Positions 28,901 to 39,644 of a stretch of DNA of 64,000 nt are shown piece by piece. Both the position numbers and the translations under genes were made by a program. The notes below the pieces were generated by a model. The model was not told the DNA's origin, did no database searches, and was given only the letters and a program-made list of their open reading frames with translations. Source of the DNA: an uncultured cyanobacterium (GTDB taxonomy: Bacteria > Cyanobacteriota > Cyanobacteriia > PCC-9006 > JAAUQQ01); NCBI GenBank assembly GCA_963718615.1, contig OY970368.1:3168001-3232000 (forward strand), in the 5' to 3' direction. The number at the start of each line of letters is the position of its first letter. The first letter of the stretch is position 1.

Positions 28901-29530
28901 GTGGAGCAGTCCGGGCAGATGGAGGCCATCGGCTTTGACCTCTACATGGAAATGCTTCAGGAGGCGCTGCAAGAAATTCGGGGCCAGGAAATTCCCCAGG
29001 TGGACGATACCCAGGTGGATCTGAGCTTGACGGCGTTTATTCCGGCGGATTACATTCCCGATTTGGATGAAAAGATGAGTGCCTACCGGGCGGTTGCGGC
29101 AGCAACGGACAAGAAAGATTTGGTGGAAATTGCGGCGGATTGGAGCGATCGCTATGGCCCCATTCCCACCGCATCCCAACAGCTTTTGCGGGTCATGGAA
29201 CTGAAGCAACTGGCCAAGAAAATTGGCTTCTCCCGCATCAAACCCGAGGGGCAACAAAATGTGATTTTGGAAACCCCCATGGAGGAACCCGCCTGGAAGT
29301 TGCTTAAGGAGAATTTGCCCAAACATTTGCACTCACGCTTTATGTATAGTGGCAATAAGGTTGTCGTGCGAGGGCTCGGCATGATGGCCGTGGGGCAGCA
29401 ACTTGATAATCTGATCGATTGGCTCGGAAAAATGCAGGGGGCATTGCCGGGAGCCGTAGCAGACTCAACTGAAACCGGAGCATCGTTAACAGCAGCGACA
29501 ATTCAATCAATCTCCTCGGAGGAAAAGTAA
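25973..29530 (+). CDS. mfd: Transcription-repair coupling factor
   Basis: [21 protein letters not shown] (RID), [41 protein letters not shown]-terminus. ATG 25973 preferred. Confidence 0.97.
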   Translation: MAFSSIVRTLTQSLLTQELSQKLDHQGILRLSGAPTLPQGFVTTALAQVQGRSLVVITPTQEEAGRWAAQLDAMGWKTVHFYPTSESSPYEPFDPESEMVWGQLQVLAELVRNPGPFALVATERSLQPHLPPVALLQAQLLTLQPGMELSLKELAATLTRLGYDRVTTVESEGQWSQRGDIVDIFPVSSELPVRLELFGDELERLRELDPSTQRSLDPLTELLLTPTSYSPIIRTQLEEQPEFDPSVYFSEADTEKFIEGQPVEGMRRLMGLAFAPATLLDYLPEHTLVALDEPDQCAAHGDRWVEHVQDHWQEQTTAAAPLPAIHRTFAASLQQLQSFKRIELSQLHETSSETSKSETGKATLNLASRPVAAIPHQFGKLAEIIGEERDRGFTVWLVSAQPSRSVALLQEHDCPAQFIPNPRDYPAIEKLNRAKVAVGLKYSGLAELQGFVLPTFRTVVITDREFFGQHSLATPSYVRKRRRAVSKTVDPNKLRPGDFVVHRNHGIGRFEKLETLTVNRETREYLVLRYEDGLLRVAADQVGALSRFRGTKGEAPTLNKMTGKAWEKTKSKVRKTIKKVAVDLLQLYAQRAKDEGYAYPEDNPWQQELEDSFPYQPTPDQLKATQDVKQDMESPRPMDRLVCGDVGFGKTEVAIRTIFKAVTAGKQAALLAPTTILTQQHYHTLKERFSPYPVQVGLLNRFRSANERKEILQRLKTGELDIVVGTHQLLGKGVDFRELGLLVVDEEQRFGVNQKEKIKALKTQVDVLTLSATPIPRTLYMALSGVREMSLITTPPPSRRPIKTHLAPFDLEMVRSAICQELDRGGQIFYVVPRVEGIEEIAAQVREMIPSIRIAIAHGQMQEGELEATMLTFSNGDADLMVCTTIVESGLDIPRVNTILIRDAHKFGLSQLYQLRGRVGRAGIQAHAWLFYPNKSSLSEKARQRLRAIQEFTQLGSGYQLAMRDMEIRGVGNLLGVEQSGQMEAIGFDLYMEMLQEALQEIRGQEIPQVDDTQVDLSLTAFIPADYIPDLDEKMSAYRAVAAATDKKDLVEIAADWSDRYGPIPTASQQLLRVMELKQLAKKIGFSRIKPEGQQNVILETPMEEPAWKLLKENLPKHLHSRFMYSGNKVVVRGLGMMAVGQQLDNLIDWLGKMQGALPGAVADSTETGASLTAATIQSISSEEK

Positions 29531-30315
29531 TGGCTTCGCCGTTTCCAGGGATGGATCCCTATCTTGAAAATCCGGCAACTTGGCCCAATGTGCACAGTCG
29601 TTTAATTGTGGCGATCGCCAACTTTCTCGGCCCTCAACTGCGGCCCACCTACCGTGTTGTTGTAGAAGAAGCCGTTTATAAAAACGATGCTCCCAACGGG
29701 ACGGTTTTGATTGGTGTTCCAGATGTCTCAATACGCCAAACGGCTTCTACAATTCAGGGAAATCATAGCAATCTTGCCGTTGCAGAACCCCTACCAGTGA
29801 CGGTTACGCTGCCGATGCCTGCAACGATTCGCCATCGTTATCTGGAAATTAGAAGTATCCAAACCAGTGAAGTCATTACAGTGATTGAAATTCTTTCTCC
29901 TGTGAATAAACGGCATGGAAGTGGTCGCCAAAAATATGAAAACAAACGCCTTGAAATCCTAGAAAGTGCTACCCATCTTGTTGAGATTGATCTCTTGCAT
30001 CAGTACAATCCCATGCCGATTGCCCAGGGCGATTGCCCCAGCCACTATCGCATTCTTGTTAGCCCTAGCCAGACTCGACCCAACGCTTGTCTCTATCCTT
30101 TTAATTTACAAAATTCGTTACCGATCTTTCTCTTACCGTTGCGTTCTGAGGAGTCACAAATAGCAGTCAATCTACAAAGTCTTTTGAGCGAAACCTATGA
30201 TCTATCAGGGTATGATTTAGAGATCAATTATCAACAAGATCCAGAACCTACCTGGCCACAGGAAGAACTCCGGTGGATAGATCAATATCTGAAAACACAA
30301 GAACTTCGTCACTAA
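29530..30315 (+). CDS. DUF4058-family protein
   Basis: [34 protein letters not shown]; TAATG overlap with mfd. Confidence 0.88.
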   Translation: MASPFPGMDPYLENPATWPNVHSRLIVAIANFLGPQLRPTYRVVVEEAVYKNDAPNGTVLIGVPDVSIRQTASTIQGNHSNLAVAEPLPVTVTLPMPATIRHRYLEIRSIQTSEVITVIEILSPVNKRHGSGRQKYENKRLEILESATHLVEIDLLHQYNPMPIAQGDCPSHYRILVSPSQTRPNACLYPFNLQNSLPIFLLPLRSEESQIAVNLQSLLSETYDLSGYDLEINYQQDPEPTWPQEELRWIDQYLKTQELRH

Positions 30316-30348
30316 AATAATTGACTCAAACGAGCAATTGCATCGATC

Positions 30349-31827
30349 TCATGGCGCTGACCGACACCGCGCTTCATCCGCCGCGATCTGCTCCTGCACC
30401 GCCACCGGCAATCCCAACGAAGCATCGCGATAAAGTCGTTCAAATTCCCGGTTAAAATGGGCGGCGATCGCCCCATTCTCAATCACCAACAACGTCTCAT
30501 CATTCTGTTCATTGGCGGCCTTACTCCAATTGTGGGACCCCGTAATCACTGCCTGTCCATCAAGAATGGCAAACTTGTGGTGCAGGGAATCGCCCTCGGG
30601 AAGTTGGGGAACGCCGACGGTGGTTGCGGGGGGGCTCCAGGGACGATTATTGGGCTCGACGGTGCAGTTTTTGCGAAGTTTGGCGACGCCCAGCATGTCT
30701 AGCGCTTCGCTATAGTCGCGAAAGGCAAAGCCGGGGTCAATCAGGGCGCGGATGGGGACGCCGGTTTGGGCGATCGCATCCACAATCCCCTGCTCCGAAA
30801 ACACGAATAAGGCCAAATCCACCCGCGTTTTTGCCTTGGAGAGCACCTGGGCAATCAGGCCATTGGTGCTGCTTGTCCAGGGCTGCTTGCGACCCGTGGG
30901 CGAAAACTGGACGACAACAGACGAGGCTCCCACCACGACCTGTCGGGCCGGGCGCACCGGCTTTTGGACGCCAAAGCGGCTGTCGGGTTTCCCGCCGGGA
31001 CCGTCGCCCCAGAGCATCTTAAATTCTTCACTGAAGGGCTGGGCGAGGGCTGGGCTGGTGATGCGCAGCATATGGTTAGCATTGCCCCGGCTCTCGTCGA
31101 TGCCAGGTTCCTGGTGAATATCGGAAACGGTCCAGTTGGCCGAGCCGGTGACGAGGGTTTTGCCGTCGATGATGGCGAATTTGTGGTGCATCAAGCCGCT
31201 GCCCTGGGAACCATCAGCACGATCGTCCAGGATGGGAATTTTGGCCTGACGGAGGATGGCGATCGCATCCCGCTCCCCCACTTCCGCCGCCGACACCTGC
31301 CCATCTCCATCGGTATCCACAAACAGTCGCAAATGCCCATAGCGCTCCTGTTCCCGCCCTTCCATCGGTTGCGTTGCCCATTCTGCCAGGGTTTGGTTGT
31401 ATTGATTTTCCAACACTAAACGCACCTTTACCCCCGCCTGCTGCCGTTCCACTAGGGCCTGAGCCACCCGAGGCAATCGCAATTCCTGGACCGCAATGTC
31501 AATTTGAGACTGGGCTGAGGCGATCGCCTCCAACAACAAAGCTTCTAAATCATCCCCCGCTCTCACCAAATCCCGGTAGGGCTCTGGGTAGGTCTGGCTT
31601 TCTGCTTGGTTGAAATACACCTGAATATCCGGATCTTGGGGCAGGGGCGGGAGCGTGGGGGTAGAAACGGTGGTGTGACGGGGCCGCAAGGCAAAACCCA
31701 GGGCAAGAATCCCCAGGACTAGCAGGCCAAGACCCAGCGGACGGTGCCAAGTCGATGGGATAGAAGGCTTCAAGAGCAGGGGTTTTAGAAAACTCTGGCG
31801 GGAATTCATGGCGATCGCAACGCTCAC
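30349..31827 (-). CDS. Phospholipase D-family protein with two HKD motifs (ComA-like nuclease)
   Basis: MHHKFAIID..GSANW and LHHKFAILD..GSHNW; N-terminal TM anchor; no obvious C-terminal HhH. Confidence 0.85.
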   Translation of the reverse strand: MSVAIAMNSRQSFLKPLLLKPSIPSTWHRPLGLGLLVLGILALGFALRPRHTTVSTPTLPPLPQDPDIQVYFNQAESQTYPEPYRDLVRAGDDLEALLLEAIASAQSQIDIAVQELRLPRVAQALVERQQAGVKVRLVLENQYNQTLAEWATQPMEGREQERYGHLRLFVDTDGDGQVSAAEVGERDAIAILRQAKIPILDDRADGSQGSGLMHHKFAIIDGKTLVTGSANWTVSDIHQEPGIDESRGNANHMLRITSPALAQPFSEEFKMLWGDGPGGKPDSRFGVQKPVRPARQVVVGASSVVVQFSPTGRKQPWTSSTNGLIAQVLSKAKTRVDLALFVFSEQGIVDAIAQTGVPIRALIDPGFAFRDYSEALDMLGVAKLRKNCTVEPNNRPWSPPATTVGVPQLPEGDSLHHKFAILDGQAVITGSHNWSKAANEQNDETLLVIENGAIAAHFNREFERLYRDASLGLPVAVQEQIAADEARCRSAP

Positions 31828-32018
31828 CCAGGGGCATCAAGGACAGCAGATTGGCAGAGACCCCGAATTTATATTCCCCAAAATCTAAGAGGCACACACC
31901 AGGCCAAAGCATTTTTCGAGAATCTAAGCCTCTCGGTCGCCGATTCTCAACGGAGAGGCTACAGTGGTTTAGCTGAGCCCCCCGGCTCTCAGGCGCAAGA
32001 AGGAGAATCAAAGGTTTC

Positions 32019-33359
32019 ATGCTGCGATCGCGAGCCCTGCGAGAAGGATCCGTTGGTCTATTGATCATCGTCGGCGTTGGTCTCTTTGCGGGCCTTGTGG
32101 CTTGGCTCCGAGACTTTAGCCTAGGCCGCACTTCTTATCAGGTGTGGATTGAATTTGAAGATGTGGCAGGATTAGAAGAAGGCACCCCTGTGACTTTTCG
32201 CGGCGTGCCGGTGGGTAAGGTGACGCGGGTGGATGTCAATGATCAAGTTGCGAGTGCCTTGGTCGAAATTAAACGGTTAGATTTAAAGATTCCGAAGGAT
32301 TCGTTTGTTTCAGCACAAACTTCAGCTTTAATCGGCGATGCCGTTCTGGATATTGAACCCTTGGTCCAAATTGCATCAGCATCCATTCCGGGGCCGCTGA
32401 GCGAAGATTGTAATGACAATTTGATTTTGTGTGATGGATCGCGCATTCGGGGAGATGCGATCGCCAGCCTCACGGATTTGATCATTTCAATGGAGAAGCT
32501 CTCGAATATTTTGGGAGATCCGGCGCTGGTCGACAGCATTAAAACAACGGCGGTTAATGCCTCTAAGGCCACTGCGGGCATTACGGATTTAACCCAGGAT
32601 CTCTCAAAACTCAGCAGTTCAGTGCAGGGAGAAGTGGGAAATCTCTCGACGACGCTCAAGTCTGCGGGACGGGCGGCTAACTCAGCGGAAGTAGCAGCCC
32701 AATCGATTAATAGTGCGGCCAATGAGTTTGGCACGGTGGCAACGAAGGCTGGGCGATTGGCGGATCAAGCCAGTGGCTTGATCGAAGAGAACCGGGTGGC
32801 ATTGGCGGACACTTTAAATAACATTGGACTGGCGAGTAACAGTTTGCGCAGTACGCTGCAAGAGCTACAGCCAACGCTCACCAGCGTCCGCGAAAGCGAT
32901 ATTGTTCGCAATACCGAGCAACTCACCCAAAATATTCGGATTGCATCGGCCAATTTACGAGTTGCATCGGCGGCGCTCAATGATCCCCAAAGCATTTTAA
33001 TGTTGCAACAAACCCTTGATTCCGCGCGGGTGACTTTTCAAAATGCCCAAAAAATCACCTCGGATTTAGACCAATTGACGGGAGATCCAGGCTTTCGCCA
33101 GAATCTTTTGCGGCTGGTCAATGGCCTCAGTGGCTTAGTGTCTTCCACCCAACAACTGGAGCAACAAATTGCCTTTACACAGTCCCTGTCCGGTCAACCG
33201 CTGACGCCCTCTCAAGCCAAGCAAATGGCGGCAACAAATGCTCAGCTCAATGTGGAGTCCATTAAACTAACCCAGGAATTGGCGAGACTGACTCAACGAT
33301 TGGAAACCCCTGACGAGCAGCCGACGGACCCTAGTCCTGAAGAGGCGGGCGATCGCTGA
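32019..33359 (+). CDS. mlaD: MlaD/MCE-family protein (Ycf22-like)
   Basis: REGSVGL plus TM, GLEEGTPVTFRGVPVGKV, long coiled coil, DQLTGDP. Confidence 0.88.
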   Translation: MLRSRALREGSVGLLIIVGVGLFAGLVAWLRDFSLGRTSYQVWIEFEDVAGLEEGTPVTFRGVPVGKVTRVDVNDQVASALVEIKRLDLKIPKDSFVSAQTSALIGDAVLDIEPLVQIASASIPGPLSEDCNDNLILCDGSRIRGDAIASLTDLIISMEKLSNILGDPALVDSIKTTAVNASKATAGITDLTQDLSKLSSSVQGEVGNLSTTLKSAGRAANSAEVAAQSINSAANEFGTVATKAGRLADQASGLIEENRVALADTLNNIGLASNSLRSTLQELQPTLTSVRESDIVRNTEQLTQNIRIASANLRVASAALNDPQSILMLQQTLDSARVTFQNAQKITSDLDQLTGDPGFRQNLLRLVNGLSGLVSSTQQLEQQIAFTQSLSGQPLTPSQAKQMAATNAQLNVESIKLTQELARLTQRLETPDEQPTDPSPEEAGDR

Positions 33360-33405
33360 TTTTATCGCTAAAGTATGATGGACTGCGTACTGAACCCAAT
33401 GTGCC

Positions 33406-34965
33406 ATGGCTCTGGAATCTGCAATGGGCGAAGCGGCCATCGAGGAAAATCTCAAGCAATTTTTGCTGGTGCTTTCGGTTTCCCTCAGCGTCGCGACCCT
33501 CCCTCAAGTTTTTAGCTGGTTTCGCAAAATTCCCTATACGTTGCTACTAGTGATTGCGGGCCTCGGACTGGCGCTCGTGGATGTGCGGTTGGTGAATTTG
33601 TCGCCGGGGCTGATTCTATCGATCTTTTTACCGCCGCTCTTATTTGAGGCGGCCTGGAATCTCAAATGGACGGCCCTGCGCAAAGACCTGGTGCCCATCT
33701 GCCTCTACGCTGTTTTGGGTGTCTTAATTTCAATTATTGGGATTGCCTTCGGCCTCAGCGCCACCGTAGGCCTTCCCCTCACCACTGCCCTGCTGATGGG
33801 TGCAATCCTTTCGGCCACAGACCCGGTCTCCGTCACGGCCCTGTTTCGGGAGCTGGGCGTCGACAAACGCCTCGGCACGCTGATGGAAGGGGAAAGCCTA
33901 TTTAATGACGGCATGGCGGTGGTAGCCTTTAGCTTTTTGGTGGGACTGCCCCTGGGAACCACCACTTTGGGCCTCCAGCCGGTTTTACTGGAGCTGATCC
34001 AGGTCATTGGCATTGGTCTGGGCATTGGTGGACTGATGGGCTTTGGGATTTCCTTCTTGACCCAGCGGTTTGATTTACCCTTGGTCGAGCAGTCCCTGAC
34101 GTTGGTTTCGGCCTATGCAGCCTATTTGTTGACAGAAGATTTGGGCGGCTCCGGTGTGATTGGCGTGGTCACCACGGGGCTGATTCTCGGTAACTTTGGC
34201 TCCAATATTGGCATGAACCCCCGAACGCGGGTGATTGTCAGCGAGTTTTGGGAGTTTCTGGCTTTTTTTGTTAATTCCATCGTCTTTTTGCTGATCGGTG
34301 ACCAGGTGCGGTTTGCGGCCCTGGGGGAAAATCTGCCGATTATTGCCATGACCGTTGCGCTGATGGTGGTGACGCGGGCGATCGCCGTCTACGGTCTAGG
34401 TTGGTTCAGCAACATCACCACCGATTCCGATATTTCCCTACCGGGCCAAACGATTCTTTGGTGGGGGGGGTTACGGGGATCAGTCTCGATCGCCCTTGCC
34501 CTCAGCGTCCCCGTAGTCCTGGGCGAACGGCAAGACATCATCGCCACGGTGTTTGGGGTAGTTTTATTCACGCTTTTGGTTCAGGGATTGACAATTCAGC
34601 CTCTGCTCAAAACACTGGATTTGCTGGGTGATCAGCCTCTGCGCCAAGAATATACTGAGTTGCTGGCACGACAGGCGGCACTGAAGCGAGTTTTAGAATA
34701 TTTGGATCAGATGGATGAACGGCCCGGTGTCGATCCGGAGTTTTTCCGGTACCAAACGACCCTGGTTAAGGGCGAACTCAACCGCATCAGCGAAGATATC
34801 CGTCAACTGCACCGAGATTATCCCAATTTGCAAAGCTTTACGACCGAGCAGTTGCGAGAGGAACTTTTGGCCGTTGAGGCTGATACCTACGCGGAGTTTG
34901 TCCAAGCAGGTCGGCTTAACCGGGAATTAGCTCCCATGCTCCAGCAGATTTTGCAGGCAGACTAA
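33406..34965 (+). CDS. CPA1 Na+/H+ antiporter (NhaP/NhaS1-like)
   Basis: FLPPLLFEAA, SATDPVSV, EGESLFNDG, WGGLRGSVSIALALS. Confidence 0.93.
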   Translation: MALESAMGEAAIEENLKQFLLVLSVSLSVATLPQVFSWFRKIPYTLLLVIAGLGLALVDVRLVNLSPGLILSIFLPPLLFEAAWNLKWTALRKDLVPICLYAVLGVLISIIGIAFGLSATVGLPLTTALLMGAILSATDPVSVTALFRELGVDKRLGTLMEGESLFNDGMAVVAFSFLVGLPLGTTTLGLQPVLLELIQVIGIGLGIGGLMGFGISFLTQRFDLPLVEQSLTLVSAYAAYLLTEDLGGSGVIGVVTTGLILGNFGSNIGMNPRTRVIVSEFWEFLAFFVNSIVFLLIGDQVRFAALGENLPIIAMTVALMVVTRAIAVYGLGWFSNITTDSDISLPGQTILWWGGLRGSVSIALALSVPVVLGERQDIIATVFGVVLFTLLVQGLTIQPLLKTLDLLGDQPLRQEYTELLARQAALKRVLEYLDQMDERPGVDPEFFRYQTTLVKGELNRISEDIRQLHRDYPNLQSFTTEQLREELLAVEADTYAEFVQAGRLNRELAPMLQQILQAD

Positions 34966-34975
34966 AGGATCTACC

Positions 34976-37012
34976 GTGACCGTTCCCCTGTTGTCCACTT
35001 TGCGATCGCCTCGTCTCCTCCGGCTTGTTCTAGCCTGTTGCTTAGGCTGGATCCTGGGGCTCTCCCTCAACATTGTACATCTGTCCTCTTTCCTCGGGTT
35101 ACCAGGGATTGCGGGATGGGCTAGCCCTGGGGGACAGGCGGTCCTGGCGCAAACCCCTGCCAGTCCTCAGGTTCCCGTTCCGGGAGATCCGGTTCTGGGG
35201 GCCCCGGTTGAGCGGGTTCCCGTTCAGATCAACGAAGCAACCCTGTTCAAGGTTGCCGCCACGCCCGAGCGGACCGCCACAGAACGGGCCAAGCTCATCA
35301 ACCTGCAGCTCAAGGACATCGTACAGTCCAAGTCTGGAGCCAAAGTGACCGTCGAAGAACGTCAAAACAGGCCCATTTTACTGGTCAATGACGAATATCT
35401 ACTAACGGTACAGGCCCAGGATACCGACGCGCCCAAAACGCCCGCGCAACAGGCGGCAGACTGGGCCATAATCTTGCAGGAGCAACTGAACCAAGCCCAA
35501 TCCTTGCCCCCGGAAAGCTTGCCCAAAGCCCCTGTGTTTGTCAATGGTCGACCTATTTTTGAACTCGCTCCCATCGACGAAAAAACCGCCGCCGATCGCG
35601 CCCGCATTGCCAATCTCCAACTGCAAGCGGCGATCGCCTCCGATACCCTGCCCCAGGTTCAGGTCCGTTCTACCCATTCAGAACTGGCTGAAATTCGGCT
35701 GCAAGAAGCAGGCACAGGCACCAGTGAGCTGCTGGTGAGCGTCACCTCGGCAGATACCACGGCTCCAGACCTCTCCCCCAAGGCCCAGGCCGAACTCTGG
35801 GCAGATGATCTGCGCAGCAGCCTCCGCCAAGCCCAGACCGAACGCAGCGATGCAGCCCGCCGCGAAAAGATGGTCCAGGCCCTGGGGGTGTTGGCCCTGG
35901 CCCTGGGGGCTCAAGTGGCGGTGAGCCACCTCTGGCGCTGGTGTCGTCAACGGCTAGAGCGATGGATGGGGGAGCACAATTCGGCCAATCCCTACTCTCC
36001 CCGCTTGGTCAATTTTCTATTTTGGTCCACGTTTGGCACGATCGGCGTGGGCCTTTGGCTATCGGTCACTTTTTATCTCGCGAATCTCTTTCCCGTAACG
36101 CGGCAGTTAAGCTATACCCTGCGCGATCGCCTCTTGGGTGGATTAACCAACCCGATGATTCCCATCGGCAGCGAACGCTATTCCATTGTGGCCTTTGTGC
36201 TCTTGGGCTTGTTGCTCGTGGGATTGGTGATTGTCTCCGGTACGCTGACGGATTTTCTCAAGATTCGATTTCTGGGGGCGCTGGGTCTCGATCGGGGGGT
36301 CCAGGAGGCGATCGCCACGGTTTTCAAATACAGCATGATCGTCCTCGGGGCCATTATTCTGCTGCAAATCTGGGGACTAGACCTGAGCTCTCTGACGATT
36401 TTGGCCAGTGCTCTCGGGGTGGGTATTGGGTTTGGATTCCAGGATATTGCCAAAAATTTTGGCAGCGGCTTAGTCTTGGTTTTTGAGCGACCTATCCAAG
36501 TGGGGGATTTTGTCGAAGTCGGTCAATACATTGGCACCATCGAAAAGCTGGGAGCCCGCAGCACAATGATCCGCACCCTCGACAATCTCTACATTTTTAT
36601 CCCCAATTCTCGGTTCCTAGAAGACGAAGTGACCAACTGGAGCCATCGTCGCACCTCCTCCCGCATCCACATTCCCGTTGGCGTTGCCTATGGTTCTGAC
36701 CTGGAGAAGGTACAAGCAGCCTTACTCGAAGCAGCCCAGGCGAACCCCAATGTGCTCAAGACCCCCGAACCCCAGGTGTTTTTCAAAGGCTTTGGGGACA
36801 GTTCCCTAGACTTTGAACTCTTGGTCTGGATTGCCCGACCCCAGCAGCACGCCCAAATCAAAAGTCATCTTAATTTCAAAATTGATGCTGCGTTTCGACG
36901 TCGGGACATTTCGATTCCCTTTCCTCAGCGGGATCTCCATGTGCGCTCAGGGCAACCGCCCTGGATTCCACCGAATCAAATTCAGGTATCCACGGATGAC
37001 CCTGAACCATGA
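34976..37012 (+). CDS. MscS-family mechanosensitive channel with large periplasmic domain
   Basis: GVGIGFGFQDIAKNFGSG..ERPIQVGD, IPNS, VGVAYGSD, FGDSSLDFEL, IPFPQRDLH. Confidence 0.92.
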   Translation: MTVPLLSTLRSPRLLRLVLACCLGWILGLSLNIVHLSSFLGLPGIAGWASPGGQAVLAQTPASPQVPVPGDPVLGAPVERVPVQINEATLFKVAATPERTATERAKLINLQLKDIVQSKSGAKVTVEERQNRPILLVNDEYLLTVQAQDTDAPKTPAQQAADWAIILQEQLNQAQSLPPESLPKAPVFVNGRPIFELAPIDEKTAADRARIANLQLQAAIASDTLPQVQVRSTHSELAEIRLQEAGTGTSELLVSVTSADTTAPDLSPKAQAELWADDLRSSLRQAQTERSDAARREKMVQALGVLALALGAQVAVSHLWRWCRQRLERWMGEHNSANPYSPRLVNFLFWSTFGTIGVGLWLSVTFYLANLFPVTRQLSYTLRDRLLGGLTNPMIPIGSERYSIVAFVLLGLLLVGLVIVSGTLTDFLKIRFLGALGLDRGVQEAIATVFKYSMIVLGAIILLQIWGLDLSSLTILASALGVGIGFGFQDIAKNFGSGLVLVFERPIQVGDFVEVGQYIGTIEKLGARSTMIRTLDNLYIFIPNSRFLEDEVTNWSHRRTSSRIHIPVGVAYGSDLEKVQAALLEAAQANPNVLKTPEPQVFFKGFGDSSLDFELLVWIARPQQHAQIKSHLNFKIDAAFRRRDISIPFPQRDLHVRSGQPPWIPPNQIQVSTDDPEP

Positions 37013-37352
37013 CTTCCGCCGCTCATGCCCCCGAAAACGTGTTCTAAGTCACAAACCGTGTCAATCCGTAAATTCTCCTAACAACATCAGCAAATGATGA
37101 CCTAAAGCGTGGCAATTCTTGTTATCACAGAATTAGCCCATACATCCGTCCTTAAATCCGTCCAGTCGAACCCCGTCACGGTTGGGTAGAAGCACGTAAG
37201 CACCGTTGCAAGGTTCTTCTGGCTCACGAATAATTCCGCAACCTTCGGGTTCTCAACTTCCCCCTGACGCTGATTATTCTGAGACAAGATTTTATTCTCG
37301 GTGCGCTTTTGGAGAGCGTACAGGGTTTGTCATTGCGCTCCAGGTCATCACC

Positions 37353-38060
37353 ATGCAGATGGATCCTCTCAATAGTCCCCATCCCGTTCCCTGGAGCTGG
37401 ATTCTCGCCACCCACGCCGCTGCTGCGGAGGCGGGCCAACGCCAAGTGCATTACTACCGCTCGGCGTCGTTGCGATCGCCCCAGTCCAGTCCCACCCATC
37501 TCCCCCACTGGACTGCCTATAGCCGTATTTGCTTTGAGGTGGACCCCGTGTTGCATCGCAGTCGGGTGAGCAGCATTTTATTTGTAGAGAATCTAGAAAC
37601 AGGAACGTTGCAGGCGATTACCGCCAGCTCTCCCCTGGCCCAGCAGTTTTGGCAAGAGCAGGGAGGGGTAGATACGGAGACAGGTGTCATGCATGGGGCG
37701 ATCGCCATGCTAATCCCCATTGCCTGGAACCAAGCCGGAACCAAGCTTCTGGCACGGGAGTTTGAGGGCATCTTTTGTAGCTCCTTCGTCACCGACCACG
37801 CGGTCATTTGGGACGGACAGCAGCATTTTAGCCGCACCTATACCCCTCAGATTGACCATGACTATGGCATTCTTCTGGGCTGGAGTGATGTGGAACCTGA
37901 CTCGGTGTTATTTGAAACCGTGATGATGGGACGGGCAGGGCGCGATCGCTATCGCATCAATGCCCATGGCTATACCGAACCCGCACCGGCAGATGAGCCG
38001 AGGCTGTTTGGGCAGATGGTGAGCGATATCCTGGCGGGTCCCCAGGCGGGGCCTCGCTAA
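37353..38060 (+). CDS. Conserved hypothetical protein
   Basis: DPLNSPHPVPWSW..YYRS.SLRSP..AYSRI; ATG 37353 preferred over TTG 37206. Confidence 0.7.
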   Translation: MQMDPLNSPHPVPWSWILATHAAAAEAGQRQVHYYRSASLRSPQSSPTHLPHWTAYSRICFEVDPVLHRSRVSSILFVENLETGTLQAITASSPLAQQFWQEQGGVDTETGVMHGAIAMLIPIAWNQAGTKLLAREFEGIFCSSFVTDHAVIWDGQQHFSRTYTPQIDHDYGILLGWSDVEPDSVLFETVMMGRAGRDRYRINAHGYTEPAPADEPRLFGQMVSDILAGPQAGPR

Positions 38061-38070
38061 GCAAGTTCGA

Positions 38071-39639
38071 CTAGAATCCCTGCCAGGGGCTAACCTCTAG
38101 GGCACCATTCGAGCGAAACACGGTCTTGAATTCTGCTACCGCACCTTGACCAGCGGTTGCACCGCTGCTCGTTTTCAGGCTGGGCAAGGGAATTTCCTTT
38201 TGATAATCCTTGGCGGCATCGTTCAGCGGCTCGAAGCCCACGACCTTGCCCTGCTCATCCAGCGTGACGCGGAATTCCAAAGCGCCATCAAAGGTCGGCT
38301 CTTCTGTCCAGTTCTGATCGAGGGCGTCGTAGAGCTCAGTATTTAAGGTTTCAATCCGGTCAGGATCGTCAATCGGCGTTGACGAAGTCACGGCTGACCG
38401 CTGAGACTGGGCGGAGCTTTCAGACTGGCTTTCAGGCTGGCTTTCAGGCTGGCTTTCAGGCTGGGCAAGGGTCGTTGATGTCGTCCCAGGGGCATCGGTC
38501 GAGACTACCGTTTCCGAGGCTGTCGAGGCCGAGGCTGTCGAGGCTGAGGCACCGGTTTCAGAGGCTGCTGCATCGGATCCTTCCCAGGGCTCAACCTGTA
38601 ACTGTCCATCCGGAGCAAAGGTCACACGAAACTGAGCTAGGGGTTCGTTTTGGAGTGCAGCTTCACTGGGCGGACGATAGAGCAATCGCGCCAGGGGTAA
38701 CTCGCCGACAACGCTATCCGCAAAGGCATCCACCCCCCGATAGCCAACAATCTCACCCGCTGCGCTCGCACTAACGCGATAAACCGCATTCTCAGAAAAC
38801 GTCGGATAGGGATACTCGTTCCAAGCATCATTGATCGAGATTTCTAACTCCGCACCGATCGCCTCTATTTCCGTGGCATCGGTAATTGTGGGAGGCTGAA
38901 CTTGAACATCGGTAACCTGCGCCGGATCGGGACGGTCTGCATCCGCTTGAGTCGCTGATGGTGAAGTTTCGGGGGCCGAGGTTTCGGAGGCTGAGGTTCC
39001 AGGGACTGAGGTACTGTCAGAGTTCTTAACGCTGGTCGCAGTCTCAGAGCCCCCTGGCGTGATGGGTCGCCGAACTTCAGGAATGCCCAAGGTAAACAAG
39101 GCAGCGGCGGCAGTCGCCAATCCGGCAGCACCAATGGCCGGTACCACAACCCGCTGTCCCACAGAAGTCTGAGATGGGGTATTACGCTTGGAGAGGGGTT
39201 GGAGAGCCAATTGCAGATGGGGCAAGGTCAGGCGATCGGCCAGACATTGATCAATGGCTTCCACTAAATCAAACAACTGAACCGTGGTTAGCGTCACCTG
39301 CTGCGGGGTCGTGCCCGAGCTTGCTGCGTCGGCCTCTGGGGAAACGGTCAGCTGATGGAGTCCTTCTTCAGTGGGGTGAATTTGGACTAAGCCGGACTGG
39401 AGGTCGCGATCGCGCAATCCACTCAACCGCTCCTGGGCATATCGACTCACCGTCCGCGTCAAATTGGCAAAAAATTCGCTGCCCCCGGACAGTTCTTGCT
39501 CCTGCCCCAAAAACCGGCAAACCGCATTGACCAAAATTGCCATCGAGCCCGCCGTGGACGATTCTGCCCCCGGATCACTCATCCCCTCTAGAAGCAGGGT
39601 GCAGTTCGGCAAATTATAACTTCGTTGAAGCTGCTGCAT
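38071..39639 (-). CDS. DUF4335-domain membrane protein
   Basis: QRSYNLPNCTLLLEG, LTTVQLFDLVEAIDQ, one TM, duplicated C-terminal domain ending (L.V.)PW.G. Confidence 0.8.
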   Translation of the reverse strand: MQQLQRSYNLPNCTLLLEGMSDPGAESSTAGSMAILVNAVCRFLGQEQELSGGSEFFANLTRTVSRYAQERLSGLRDRDLQSGLVQIHPTEEGLHQLTVSPEADAASSGTTPQQVTLTTVQLFDLVEAIDQCLADRLTLPHLQLALQPLSKRNTPSQTSVGQRVVVPAIGAAGLATAAAALFTLGIPEVRRPITPGGSETATSVKNSDSTSVPGTSASETSAPETSPSATQADADRPDPAQVTDVQVQPPTITDATEIEAIGAELEISINDAWNEYPYPTFSENAVYRVSASAAGEIVGYRGVDAFADSVVGELPLARLLYRPPSEAALQNEPLAQFRVTFAPDGQLQVEPWEGSDAAASETGASASTASASTASETVVSTDAPGTTSTTLAQPESQPESQPESQSESSAQSQRSAVTSSTPIDDPDRIETLNTELYDALDQNWTEEPTFDGALEFRVTLDEQGKVVGFEPLNDAAKDYQKEIPLPSLKTSSGATAGQGAVAEFKTVFRSNGALEVSPWQGF

Positions 39640-39644
39640 AGGGG

